Virus record (IMG/VR): IMGVR_UViG_3300036790_000211
Span: 6,512-70,511 of that record
DNA length: 64,000 bases
Source of the DNA: a virus
Reading direction: 5' to 3' (one strand)
The position numbers and the translations under genes are program-made. The notes beneath the pieces were generated by a model. It saw only the letters and a program-made list of their open reading frames with translations. It had not been told where the DNA came from and did no database searches. Shown one piece after another: positions 45,955 to 54,358 of the stretch (positions within the stretch are counted from its first letter, which is position 1; each line of letters begins with the position of its first letter).

Positions 45955-47340
45955 CTACTGGCTGTAGCGCCCCCTCGGTTGGCCGAGCGCGCGTGGGGAT
46001 GGGCCGACTGGCGTCGACAGCACTGATAGCTCCGGTTCGTTCCCCACTTCCTGGCCGAGGCTTTCGGCCCCAGCGCAGAGATATCGGAGAGCGTCGAACA
46101 TGTGGCTCGCCATGTTGTGCTTCGGCCGGTCGAGCAGCTTCTCCTCGTCCGTCCTGTCCTGGTCCCATACGTACCTCTTGCGGTAGTCGATGAGGTGTTC
46201 CACGCCGCGGAGCACCTTGAGGCGGCCGCCGGTCAGCCGCTCGTAGACCAGGTCGATCCCGGCCCGAACGGTGGAGCGCGGATCGATGGCCGACTTCGCG
46301 GATCCGGGCAGGCGGGCGGCGCGCACCGGGTAGCCCAGCGTGTTCGCCCGGAGCATCAGCTCCTTCCCCTCCGGATCCCCGAAGGCGAGGTCGGTGCCCT
46401 GAGCGAGGCCCATCTCGCCCCAGCGGCGCACGTGCTCATCGATCGTCTCTCCGCCGAGCTCGTACTCAGCGACGACGTAGAGGACGTCGTGCTCTTCATC
46501 CAGCCGGGCCCAGAGGCCAATCGTGGGGTCGTTGACACCCCAGTCGTGCCCGGAGAGGCACGGCCAGTCGGGCGGCATGTCGAAGGGCTCGACGATGAGG
46601 TCGCGGTCGTCCGGGCGCGGGTAGATCAGGCCGAACGCCCGGCTCCAGTCGCCCTCGTAGAAGGCGGCGAACTTCTCCGGCCGCATCGTGGCCCGCGCCC
46701 GCTCGATCGAGTCGCGGTCGTACTTCAGGTTGTCCTGGGTGCGGCACTTGACCCACTCGATGCCCTGGTCGCCGGCTTCCCAGCGGTCGAAGACATGGCT
46801 CTTCAGCCAGTTCTCGAAGTACGGGACGGTGGTGATCAGGATCGGAGTGGCGTGGGTGTTGGTCCTGCGGAGGGCGACCTCCCACGCGAGCAGCGCCATC
46901 ATGCCGGCCTCGTCGATCCAACAGAAGCCGTCGAGGTGGGGCCCCTCGAGCGAATTGGGGTTCTCGCTGGAGCCGAGGAGGATCTGAGCCTCGTTGGGCA
47001 GCGTGATCGTCCCCTCTCCCTTGTTGAGCTCGGCGTTGCAGCCGATCTCGTGGAAGAACTGCATCAGCTCGTAGACCATCACGCGCTGGACGTGCCTTTG
47101 GTAGCCCGTGCCCAGGGCCATGCCCCGGGCGCCCCACTTAAGAGTCCCCTTCGCCTCGTCGATCAGGTGCTTCCAGCACCACAGGGGCGCCATCCACGTC
47201 TTCCCCGAGCCCGTCCCCCCCACCAGGGCCGTGATCCTGCGCTGGGAGTAGTAGGCGCGGAGCTGGTGAGCGTAGAGGAGCGGGTTGGCCCTGCTCGGCG
47301 ATGATTCGCGCTGCGGTGGGGTCGTCTGGGTGGGGGGCAA
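45955..47340 (-). CDS. terL: terminase large subunit
   Basis: HQ motif, GGTGSGKT, WIDEAG, ITTVP, GHDWG..DP, HMFDALRY; TTG start uncertain. Confidence 0.92.
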   Translation of the reverse strand: MPPTQTTPPQRESSPSRANPLLYAHQLRAYYSQRRITALVGGTGSGKTWMAPLWCWKHLIDEAKGTLKWGARGMALGTGYQRHVQRVMVYELMQFFHEIGCNAELNKGEGTITLPNEAQILLGSSENPNSLEGPHLDGFCWIDEAGMMALLAWEVALRRTNTHATPILITTVPYFENWLKSHVFDRWEAGDQGIEWVKCRTQDNLKYDRDSIERARATMRPEKFAAFYEGDWSRAFGLIYPRPDDRDLIVEPFDMPPDWPCLSGHDWGVNDPTIGLWARLDEEHDVLYVVAEYELGGETIDEHVRRWGEMGLAQGTDLAFGDPEGKELMLRANTLGYPVRAARLPGSAKSAIDPRSTVRAGIDLVYERLTGGRLKVLRGVEHLIDYRKRYVWDQDRTDEEKLLDRPKHNMASHMFDALRYLCAGAESLGQEVGNEPELSVLSTPVGPSPRALGQPRGRYSQ

Positions 47341-47782
47341 TGTTGATCACCACGGCCAGCTGGTTGGGCTGGGAGTTCTGCTGCAACTGGCCTGCGGCAG
47401 TGAACCCGAACATCTCGCGCAGCGAGTCGACGGCCTTGAGACCGACCTCGGCCGACCGCGGGTTGCCGGAGAGGATCCCCCTCTGCAGGCTGTTGAAGAT
47501 CAGGTCTATGCGGCCGACGAGGAGCATCTTCATCTCCTCGGCGTCCTCTCGATCGAGCGCCCGCATGTACTTGATGCCGAGGTTCCAGTACCAGCTGGGC
47601 TCCATCGGCTCCTCGCCGGCGCGGAGCCGCTCGGCGTTCAGCTTGTCCGCGATCTGCCGGGCCCGGAAAGCGCTGATCCTGGCCTCGTAGACCTTCTTGC
47701 CGATCTCGCGCTCCTCCGGAGTCATGATCCGATCGCTGACGGCGGGAACGTTGGAATCGCGGTCGGCTCGGTGTCCGGCCAT
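47138..47782 (-). CDS. putative terminase small subunit
   Basis: HTH-like ARQIADKLN, helical, directly upstream of terL. Confidence 0.6.
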   Translation of the reverse strand: MAGHRADRDSNVPAVSDRIMTPEEREIGKKVYEARISAFRARQIADKLNAERLRAGEEPMEPSWYWNLGIKYMRALDREDAEEMKMLLVGRIDLIFNSLQRGILSGNPRSAEVGLKAVDSLREMFGFTAAGQLQQNSQPNQLAVVINIAPHPDDPTAARIIAEQGQPAPLRSPAPRLLLPAQDHGPGGGDGLGEDVDGAPVVLEAPDRRGEGDS

Positions 47783-49107
47783 CAGGCGGCCTCCTGGTCG
47801 AGAAAGCTCCTCTTCTCCCCCGTCGAGGAGAGGATCGGCAGCGTGCCGGTCACCTCCTGGTATCGGCGGAGGATCAGGTCGCACGACCGCGGCTCCAACT
47901 CCATCAGGCATGCGACGCGCTTGTGGAGGTCGGCGGCTATCAGCGTGGTCCCGGTCCCGCCGTAGGGGTCGAGGACCAGGTCGCCGGGCCGGGAGCAGGC
48001 GAGGATGCAGCGGGCGGGGAGTTCGATCGGGAAGGGTGCGGCGTGCTCGGCGTTGTGCGCCGGGTTCATGTCCCAGACCGAGCACCATCCCTTGATCTCA
48101 GGGGTGTCGTTGAAGAGGAAGTCGGCGCCCTTGTAGAGCCAGTAGATCCGCTCGTCGGAGGGGATGAACATGCGGGCGTTGACGGCCACGCCGCCCGGTC
48201 GCCGCCACACGATCTCCTGGCGGAAGCGGAACGGACCAGGGAGCCACTGCAGGGGCGAGATGAGCTCCTTGTCTCGGAAGCGGTTCTTGTGGTTGTAGAA
48301 CATGCTCCCGCCGTCTACGAGGATCTCGTTCCACTCCAGGAGGGCGGCGCGCTGCTGCTGCTGGTACTCCTCCTCGTCGAGGGAGTCGGAGTAGGCGACG
48401 TTCGCCATCTTGGCCACGAACTTGTCGCCGTCGCGAGCGAATCGGCCTGACGCCTTGAACTGATCGAGGCGCTGGTTGTAGGGCGGGCTCGTGACGATGA
48501 GGCGGGCCTGGCGGCCGTCGAGCAGGCGGGCCAGGTGATCGGCGTCCGTGCCGCTACCGCATAGGAGCCGGTGCGGACCCAGGATCCAGAGGTCGCCGGG
48601 CATCGTGGTCGCGTCGCCTGCCTCGCCGGCGCCGGTCTCGTTGGCCTTGTCGTAGCCGATCGCCGGGGTCTGGGCGTTCTCCGCGATCAGCTCCGCGAGG
48701 AACTTGTCGTCGTAGAGGGAGCCGTCGAGCTCTCCGGTGGAGTCTCGGATCCCGGTGAGCAGCTGCTCGAGGAGCCCATTGTCCATCCGAGATCCCTCGT
48801 GGGCACGGTTCTCGGCGGCCAGGATCTCCCGAGCCTGCGGGTCATCGTGATCGAGTGGAATCCGGTGAACAGCAAACGACCCATCCGGATCCGCCTCCAT
48901 GGCCGACATGTAGGTGTGATTGCCGAAGAGGATGTAGCCGTCCTGGCTGATGCCGATCGCCCGGAACTGGCCGTGAGCGGCGAGGCTGCGGCCGATCTTG
49001 TCCGTGTCGCCGTTGTTCGGGTTGTCCGGGTGCGGGCGCAGGGACGAGAGCGGGACGACCTCGGTCCAGCGGACCAGGTCCTCGGGGGTGATCTTGATGC
49101 GGCGCAT
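47782..49107 (-). CDS. ParB-like domain + N4C/N6A DNA methyltransferase
   Basis: LRPHPDNPN N-terminus; TSPPYN; HAAPFP; VLDPYGGTGTT. Confidence 0.92.
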   Translation of the reverse strand: MRRIKITPEDLVRWTEVVPLSSLRPHPDNPNNGDTDKIGRSLAAHGQFRAIGISQDGYILFGNHTYMSAMEADPDGSFAVHRIPLDHDDPQAREILAAENRAHEGSRMDNGLLEQLLTGIRDSTGELDGSLYDDKFLAELIAENAQTPAIGYDKANETGAGEAGDATTMPGDLWILGPHRLLCGSGTDADHLARLLDGRQARLIVTSPPYNQRLDQFKASGRFARDGDKFVAKMANVAYSDSLDEEEYQQQQRAALLEWNEILVDGGSMFYNHKNRFRDKELISPLQWLPGPFRFRQEIVWRRPGGVAVNARMFIPSDERIYWLYKGADFLFNDTPEIKGWCSVWDMNPAHNAEHAAPFPIELPARCILACSRPGDLVLDPYGGTGTTLIAADLHKRVACLMELEPRSCDLILRRYQEVTGTLPILSSTGEKRSFLDQEAA

Positions 49108-49117
49108 CGGGGCTCCG

Positions 49118-49147
49118 GAAATGAAAAGAGCCGCCCGAAGGCGGCTC
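49118..49147 (-). terminator. intrinsic terminator immediately upstream of the methylase/terminase block
   Basis: GAGCCGCC-TTCG-GGCGGCTC-TTTTCATTTC. Confidence 0.8.
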
Positions 49148-49168
49148 CTGCCACATGGAATCGGACCT

Positions 49169-49330
49169 CTACGCGGCGACGCGCCCCTCTGCGTGCTCAG
49201 GGCAGCACGGGTAGCCGCGGCGGTCCTTGGCGTCCAGATAGATGGTGTGGTGGGTGGGGTCGCCGCAGATCCAGCACTTCTGCTCGAACATCGGCATCCC
49301 CTCGACCAGGGCGAAGACCTTGCGCTTCAT
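49169..49330 (-). CDS. 53-aa CxxC protein
   Basis: MKRKVFALVEG...CWICG...CCPEH; ATGA overlap. Confidence 0.6.
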   Translation of the reverse strand: MKRKVFALVEGMPMFEQKCWICGDPTHHTIYLDAKDRRGYPCCPEHAEGRVAA

Positions 49331-49596
49331 CGAACACGCATTCTACGGGCCCGGAGAGAGACGGGCGGCGCGCCGGACCATCCGCCCTCTGCTTCGGGCA
49401 TGGACGCCTCGGGCCGCGTCCCCCGTGAAACCGAGTGATGCGCGCTCTTGTCTGCGGATCGGCCCGCCTCTCTCCGAACGCGGAGCCGGTCCCGCTCGGC
49501 CTCGAAGTCGTCGTAGCGATCGCTGAGGGCAACGGCCCGGTAACCGAACGCGTCGACCAGGACGTCTTCGAGGTCGCGGAGCCGGACCTCAGACAC
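49327..49596 (-). CDS. hypothetical protein
   Basis: Operon context. Confidence 0.5.
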   Translation of the reverse strand: MSEVRLRDLEDVLVDAFGYRAVALSDRYDDFEAERDRLRVRREAGRSADKSAHHSVSRGTRPEASMPEAEGGWSGAPPVSLRARRMRVR

Positions 49597-49768
49597 CGAC
49601 CCGCTTCGCCTTGCAGTCCTCGCACCAGTGGAACGGCTTGACCTTGCCCCGAGCCTGTTCGCGGTTCTTGATGCTGAGGAGGGGCACGCCGCAGTCGGTC
49701 GCGCCGCCGGCCGGGGGGATCGAGTGGATCAGGCCGGTGGCCGAGTCGAGCTTGACCTTGCCGGCCAA
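49589..49768 (-). CDS. 59-aa Zn-binding protein
   Basis: GGAGG + TTG; H...DCG...CEDC. Confidence 0.55.
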   Translation of the reverse strand: MAGKVKLDSATGLIHSIPPAGGATDCGVPLLSIKNREQARGKVKPFHWCEDCKAKRVGV

Positions 49769-49847
49769 ATCAGAACCTCCACACGAGGATGGTGATCAGC
49801 TGGGTCGTGTTGCCCCAGACGACTCGGACCGTCTCCCAGATCCACAT

Positions 49848-50174
49848 CTACCAGGCCTCCCCGACGCGCTCCGGCCAGTGCCAGGTGCCGCCCGGCTTGC
49901 CGATGTCGTTGAGGAAGACGCGCCGGTTGAAGAACATCCCCTCCGGGTTCATCACGGCCAGGTCGACCGAGAACATGTCGGTGACGGCGGTGATGATCGC
50001 GGCGCGGCAGACCGACTGGTACTCCCCGCCAGGGGTGCCGTAGCTGACGTAGTGGACGATGCGGCCCACCGTCGGCATCGGCTCTTTCTCGGCCTTGGAG
50101 ACGGCGCGGACGGCCTCGTCCGGGTCGCCGAGGTCGCTTCCGCAATGGGGGCAGAGGAAGCGGGAGCTACTCAC
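49848..50174 (-). CDS. hypothetical phage protein
   Basis: CPHC; PTVGRIVHY...AAIITAV...GTWHWP. Confidence 0.7.
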   Translation of the reverse strand: MSSSRFLCPHCGSDLGDPDEAVRAVSKAEKEPMPTVGRIVHYVSYGTPGGEYQSVCRAAIITAVTDMFSVDLAVMNPEGMFFNRRVFLNDIGKPGGTWHWPERVGEAW

Positions 50175-50536
50175 TGACACGCCTCGCAGACGTCGCCATC
50201 CGGCTCTTCGACCGGCATCGCGGCGACGTACACGGAGAAGTGGTCCTGCGACCAGTTGCCGGTCGGCTTGCCGGGGAACGGGTTCCCGTGACCGGACAGG
50301 CTCACGCTGAACCGCTGGAGCCCCTGCTCCTTGACCAGCCAGAGGGCGGCACCGAGAGCCTTCGCCGCGGCCGACATCTGGGCCTCGTGCATCTCCTCTT
50401 CGATCTCGTCCGGCAGTCGACCGCCAGGCCGCGTGAAGCACGCCTTCCAACCCCTGCGGGCCTCGGCGATCGCGGCGTGGCCCAGCTCTTCGAGGGTGTC
50501 GGGGGTGGAGTCGGAGACGGAGATCGAGAAGGACAT
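50171..50536 (-). CDS. hypothetical protein
   Basis: AAGGAG SD. Confidence 0.65.
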   Translation of the reverse strand: MSFSISVSDSTPDTLEELGHAAIAEARRGWKACFTRPGGRLPDEIEEEMHEAQMSAAAKALGAALWLVKEQGLQRFSVSLSGHGNPFPGKPTGNWSQDHFSVYVAAMPVEEPDGDVCEACQ

Positions 50537-50932
50537 TCAGGCGCTCCTTGGGGCGGATTCGGGGAGTGACTCGACGGCGCTGCGGCGGCAGAGCCGGATG
50601 AGGCCGTCCCAGCCGGACGCGTTGAGGCGGCAGCAGGCATGGGTGACGGGCTCAGGGGTGTAGTCGGGGCGGTTGCGGCGCGGGTTCTCGTCCCAGAGGA
50701 AGCAGGCCGTCATCAGGCCGTTGGTCACGCTCATGGGGAGGATCGGGTCGGCCCGCCGCCAAGAGTCGGTGATCTGCTGCCAGTGCCGGTCGCAGATGAA
50801 GCGCCCGGGCCGGACCTTGCTGAATCCACCGTGGCGGGGCATCGGCCAGGGACGGGTCAGGCGACCGATGTTCTCCGCCACCTGGCGCCGGCTCATGCCG
50901 CCCAACCAGAGGCGCGTCTCTTCGTTGGTCAC
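50537..50932 (-). CDS. hypothetical protein
   Basis: GTGA overlap, codon bias. Confidence 0.55.
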   Translation of the reverse strand: MTNEETRLWLGGMSRRQVAENIGRLTRPWPMPRHGGFSKVRPGRFICDRHWQQITDSWRRADPILPMSVTNGLMTACFLWDENPRRNRPDYTPEPVTHACCRLNASGWDGLIRLCRRSAVESLPESAPRSA

Positions 50933-51114
50933 TCCCAGGCGCCCTCGGCCCACCGCTGGTAGGCGAATCGGTCGATGCGGTGGACGTCGGCTTCGAGCTC
51001 GACCTCGTGGGACTTCTCGTCGCGAGCGATGTGCTGGTTGACCGGGTTGCGGCGGAGGACCTGGAAGTAGCCGATAGGGTCGCGCTCCTTGGCCCAGCGC
51101 ATGAACTCGCGCAA
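50929..51114 (-). CDS. hypothetical protein (start uncertain)
   Basis: Coding-like frame coupled to the next gene. Confidence 0.4.
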   Translation of the reverse strand: MREFMRWAKERDPIGYFQVLRRNPVNQHIARDEKSHEVELEADVHRIDRFAYQRWAEGAWE

Positions 51115-51167
51115 GGTTGCTGGAGGCCGTGTATCTGTTATCGGCCGGTCGTGGTCGTCCGCGCAGT

Positions 51168-51824
51168 TCAGGAGGGGGGCAAAACAGTCCAATCCAGCTG
51201 CTCCAGGCGTGTTTTTGGCCGGTTTCGGGACGTAGTGGTGCGATTTGGGCCGGTTTTGGCCTGAAAACGGGCTCGTTCCCGCCGGATCCGCGCGATTTCG
51301 CGCTCCGCGGTGCGCGCTGCGGAGGTCTTGGTGGCGATCGGCGCGGCCTCGCGGCGCACGGTCCTCGAGGCTCGCTTGAGCGCGTGCCGGACGCTGCCCG
51401 CATCCCATGGGCGGCGGCCTTCCGGGGCCATCACGCGGGCGATCTCGTCGAGGTCGATGCGCATCCCTTCGACGCCGTATCCGTCCATGAGCGCGACGAA
51501 CGCGGCCAGGTGCGACTTCGGGAGCGTGGACAGGGCGCGCAGCACGTCGAGGCGGAAGTTGATCGCGGCGAACGGGTTGCTCGTCGACTCGGGGACGTCG
51601 AGCTGGCTCAGCTCTGCGATCCACTCCCAGGTGCAGAGCGCGGCGGGCCGGGGCAGGTCCGCCGGCTCCTCGACCCCCTCGGAGGTTTGCCGGGAGACGT
51701 GGGCCGCGTTGCGCTCCGACCAGTCCTTGAAGCGCCGGGTGTTCTCCCAGGCGGCTCCGAAGTAGAGCGCGTCGAGCTCGAATGCGACGCCGGCGAGCGG
51801 GCCGCCGGTGAAGCGGTCAGGCAT
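51168..51824 (-). CDS. sigma70 region-4-like DNA-binding protein
   Basis: LRALSTLPK...LDEIARVM...GSVRHALKRASRTVR. Confidence 0.65.
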   Translation of the reverse strand: MPDRFTGGPLAGVAFELDALYFGAAWENTRRFKDWSERNAAHVSRQTSEGVEEPADLPRPAALCTWEWIAELSQLDVPESTSNPFAAINFRLDVLRALSTLPKSHLAAFVALMDGYGVEGMRIDLDEIARVMAPEGRRPWDAGSVRHALKRASRTVRREAAPIATKTSAARTAEREIARIRRERARFQAKTGPNRTTTSRNRPKTRLEQLDWTVLPPS

Positions 51825-52086
51825 CGCCAACTCCTTGCGCCGCCACCTCTGCGGCAGTCGGGGCATCTTCCGGATGGTGCTTTCGACAGACAACCCAGGT
51901 CGTCCCGTCGACCTGGTGCCGACCGACCCTCCAGCACCCCTTGATGTGGCAGGTGTGGCGCCAGTAGAGCGTGAACGCCGCCCCGAGGAGGCCGAGATCT
52001 CCAGCGACCCCGCTCCACCACGCGTACCAGGGGCCACTCACGTTCGTGATGCCGAGGACGTTCAGGATCGCCCCCAACGCGGCCAT
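51817..52086 (-). CDS. membrane protein with Cys/His tail
   Basis: SGPWYAWWSG...CHIKGCWR...CRKHHP. Confidence 0.65.
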   Translation of the reverse strand: MAALGAILNVLGITNVSGPWYAWWSGVAGDLGLLGAAFTLYWRHTCHIKGCWRVGRHQVDGTTWVVCRKHHPEDAPTAAEVAAQGVGDA

Positions 52087-52538
52087 CAGGCGAGTCCTCC
52101 GAGATGTGCGGCTCCCCATGCCGCCCCGCCGGCGGCGATGAGCAGGGCAAAGGTCTGGGCGTAGGCGCGGATCCCGGCGTGGTCAGGGCGCAGATGCGAG
52201 ATGACGATGGCGGCGGCTCCGATCACAACCGCGGCCAGGGCGATCCCGAGCGCACCCGGGAGAAGTGCGTATGGGAGGGCGGGCGCGAGCGCTCCGAGCA
52301 AGGTTGCTACCCCCATCACTGCGGCCCGCCGGACTCGGCCCGGCCCTCCCCTGTCGCCGAGGTACTGGCCTGACGCCATGCTCACCGCGTTCCCCGCGGC
52401 GCCCGCTGCGCAGGCACCGAGGACGATCCCCGGCGAGGCATGCGTGGCGATCAGGCCGAGCAGCACCCCCATGGTGCCGCTCAGCCCGTCGAAGCCGCCG
52501 AATGCGGCGTCGCCCAGCTCCTCAGCGGTCAGGTTCAC
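52086..52538 (-). CDS. VIT1/CCC1-family Fe2+/Mn2+ transporter
   Basis: LGDAAFGGFDGL, GNAVSMASGQYL, GALAPALPY; about five TM. Confidence 0.85.
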   Translation of the reverse strand: MNLTAEELGDAAFGGFDGLSGTMGVLLGLIATHASPGIVLGACAAGAAGNAVSMASGQYLGDRGGPGRVRRAAVMGVATLLGALAPALPYALLPGALGIALAAVVIGAAAIVISHLRPDHAGIRAYAQTFALLIAAGGAAWGAAHLGGLA

Positions 52539-52828
52539 GCGGCGGCGGCCTCTGCGGGTGCGGGGGTGAAGCTCTGCGCGAACGAGGCGTCCGGCACGGG
52601 CAGGGCGCCCTTGGCCGTCTCCACGACGCGCGAGTTGAGCTCCACCGGCTCCCACTTCCGCGAGGTGCTGTTGAAGACCTCGACCTGCGGGGCGTCGGCC
52701 ATTCCGGTCGTGATCGCCCGCGCCGGGATCCCCAGCCCGTCCAGATCGGCGAGCAGGCCGTCGTAGGTGGTGATCACGTCGGTCGCCCTGACCTTGACGG
52801 GGATGTGAACGAAGTCGCTGAACTGCAT
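52535..52828 (-). CDS. hypothetical phage protein
   Basis: AAGGAG SD. Confidence 0.65.
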   Translation of the reverse strand: MQFSDFVHIPVKVRATDVITTYDGLLADLDGLGIPARAITTGMADAPQVEVFNSTSRKWEPVELNSRVVETAKGALPVPDASFAQSFTPAPAEAAAA

Positions 52829-52839
52829 GCGTGTGCTCC

Positions 52840-53181
52840 TTATGGCGAGGTGTCGTCCGCCCGTGTATCGGGAGGACCCCAGAAGAGGTGCCCGATCAGC
52901 GACCCGGCCGCGATCAGGCCAATGCCCATCCACCAGGGATGCGTGTGCCACGTCTGCCTGGTGCGCTGAGTAATGGGCTTCCACGCCGTCCAGAGGGCGG
53001 CGCTCTCGTAGGCGAGGAAGGGGACCGACCCGGCCAGGGCGAGCGATGCTGAGCCGTAGAACGCGGTGTCCTCGGCGGGCGTTGCTTCGATCCCCTTCTT
53101 CGCGGCGAGCGCAGAGAGCAGGGCCGCGGCTCCCGCAGCAGCTGCGAAGGAGATCGCCCCGGTGGCGTTGCGCTGCCTCAT
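52840..53181 (-). CDS. membrane protein
   Basis: Three hydrophobic segments; GGAGG SD. Confidence 0.6.
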   Translation of the reverse strand: MRQRNATGAISFAAAAGAAALLSALAAKKGIEATPAEDTAFYGSASLALAGSVPFLAYESAALWTAWKPITQRTRQTWHTHPWWMGIGLIAAGSLIGHLFWGPPDTRADDTSP

Positions 53182-53543
53182 CAGCACCGCCTCCCGTCGC
53201 TGCGCCACCGACAGCGCAGCCCCACCCCTTCGTAGGCTGCATGGAACGTCAGGTCGTCGAGGTGCCAGAAGAGATGTTTGCCGCCGCGCTCGATGTGTAG
53301 CAGCCAGTAGTGAGGCTCGAGCACGAACGTCGGCGTTTCCCACGGCTCGATCCACAGGTCGCTATCGGTAGACAGAGATGTCCTCGGGGCGGTGGTGTAG
53401 CCCTTGCAGATCGGGAAGGCCGACACGGCCGCGGTCCCTCTCCTGCAGAAGCCCAGGAACTCCCGGATGTCCTCGCCGTTCTTGCCGTCGAAGTAGATCG
53501 CATCGACCTCCGGGGACTGTCGGAGCCGGAACTTGCTCCTCAC
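53181..53543 (-). CDS. hypothetical phage protein
   Basis: EVDAIYFDGKN...FHAAYE. Confidence 0.6.
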   Translation of the reverse strand: MRSKFRLRQSPEVDAIYFDGKNGEDIREFLGFCRRGTAAVSAFPICKGYTTAPRTSLSTDSDLWIEPWETPTFVLEPHYWLLHIERGGKHLFWHLDDLTFHAAYEGVGLRCRWRSDGRRC

Positions 53544-53890
53544 GGCTTGACGTCCTCCTTGGCGGGGATTAGAAGCAGGATCTGGCCGTCGTACTCGCCG
53601 TCGAAGTCGTCGAGCAGGGCAGCGATCCCGTGGAGCTTCATCTGCTCGGGCTTCCACTCCTTCGGGTCTTGGTGCGGCGCACCCTTGGCGCGGAAGAAGG
53701 CGAAGTCCGGCTTGTGATAGCCGGCCGTGTCCCACTCCTCGAGGGATGCCTGCTCCTTGGACTCGTCTCGCTCGCTGAGGATCCCGACCTGGAATCCCGC
53801 CTTGCGCAGCCCCTTGGCGATCGGGCCCAGGAGCTCCGGGAAGGCCAGCGCGGTCCCGTCGAGGTCGAAGGCGACGCGTGCGGCGCTCAT
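53540..53890 (-). CDS. HAD-superfamily hydrolase (capless)
   Basis: AFDLDGT, ILSER, K, LLDD. Confidence 0.8.
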   Translation of the reverse strand: MSAARVAFDLDGTALAFPELLGPIAKGLRKAGFQVGILSERDESKEQASLEEWDTAGYHKPDFAFFRAKGAPHQDPKEWKPEQMKLHGIAALLDDFDGEYDGQILLLIPAKEDVKP

Positions 53891-54027
53891 CGGCCCATCG
53901 CCTTGATCACGACCTCCCCCACGGCGAGCACGAAGACCATGAGCAGGCAGGCGACGCCGAGGACCTTGATCGCCAGGTCGAGGGCGGCGTTTACCCGCGT
54001 CAGCCGCATGCGAGTGCGCAGCTTCAT
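53887..54027 (-). CDS. 46-aa membrane protein
   Basis: ATGA overlaps, one TM. Confidence 0.6.
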   Translation of the reverse strand: MKLRTRMRLTRVNAALDLAIKVLGVACLLMVFVLAVGEVVIKAMGR

Positions 54028-54248
54028 CGGACGTGGACGTAGCCGAGGAGGACCAGGATCACGACGACGGCGACGGCGACGAGGGCCAGTGCGGCGACCC
54101 GCGTCGCGTTCTTGACGATCGCCTCGGCGGCCACATACAGGGCGACCATGGCGAGGACCACAGCGATGCCGAGGAGGGCGAATGGAGCGGTCACGCAGAC
54201 CAGCAGCAGGAAGGCCGCAGACCGGCCGACCGAGCCCCAGCCTTTCAT
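54024..54248 (-). CDS. small 2-TM protein
   Basis: Hydrophobic, ATGA overlap. Confidence 0.6.
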   Translation of the reverse strand: MKGWGSVGRSAAFLLLVCVTAPFALLGIAVVLAMVALYVAAEAIVKNATRVAALALVAVAVVVILVLLGYVHVR

Positions 54249-54358
54249 AGCCAGCCCCACAGGGCGCGGCCGAGGATCACGACCCCAGCGACCGCGACGG
54301 CACCGATGAAGACCAGACCCCAGTAGGCCGTCCAGTGTTTCCGGGAGATCTTGCTCAA
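54245..54358 (-). CDS. 37-aa membrane protein
   Basis: AAGGAGG + TTG, one TM. Confidence 0.6.
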   Translation of the reverse strand: MSKISRKHWTAYWGLVFIGAVAVAGVVILGRALWGWL

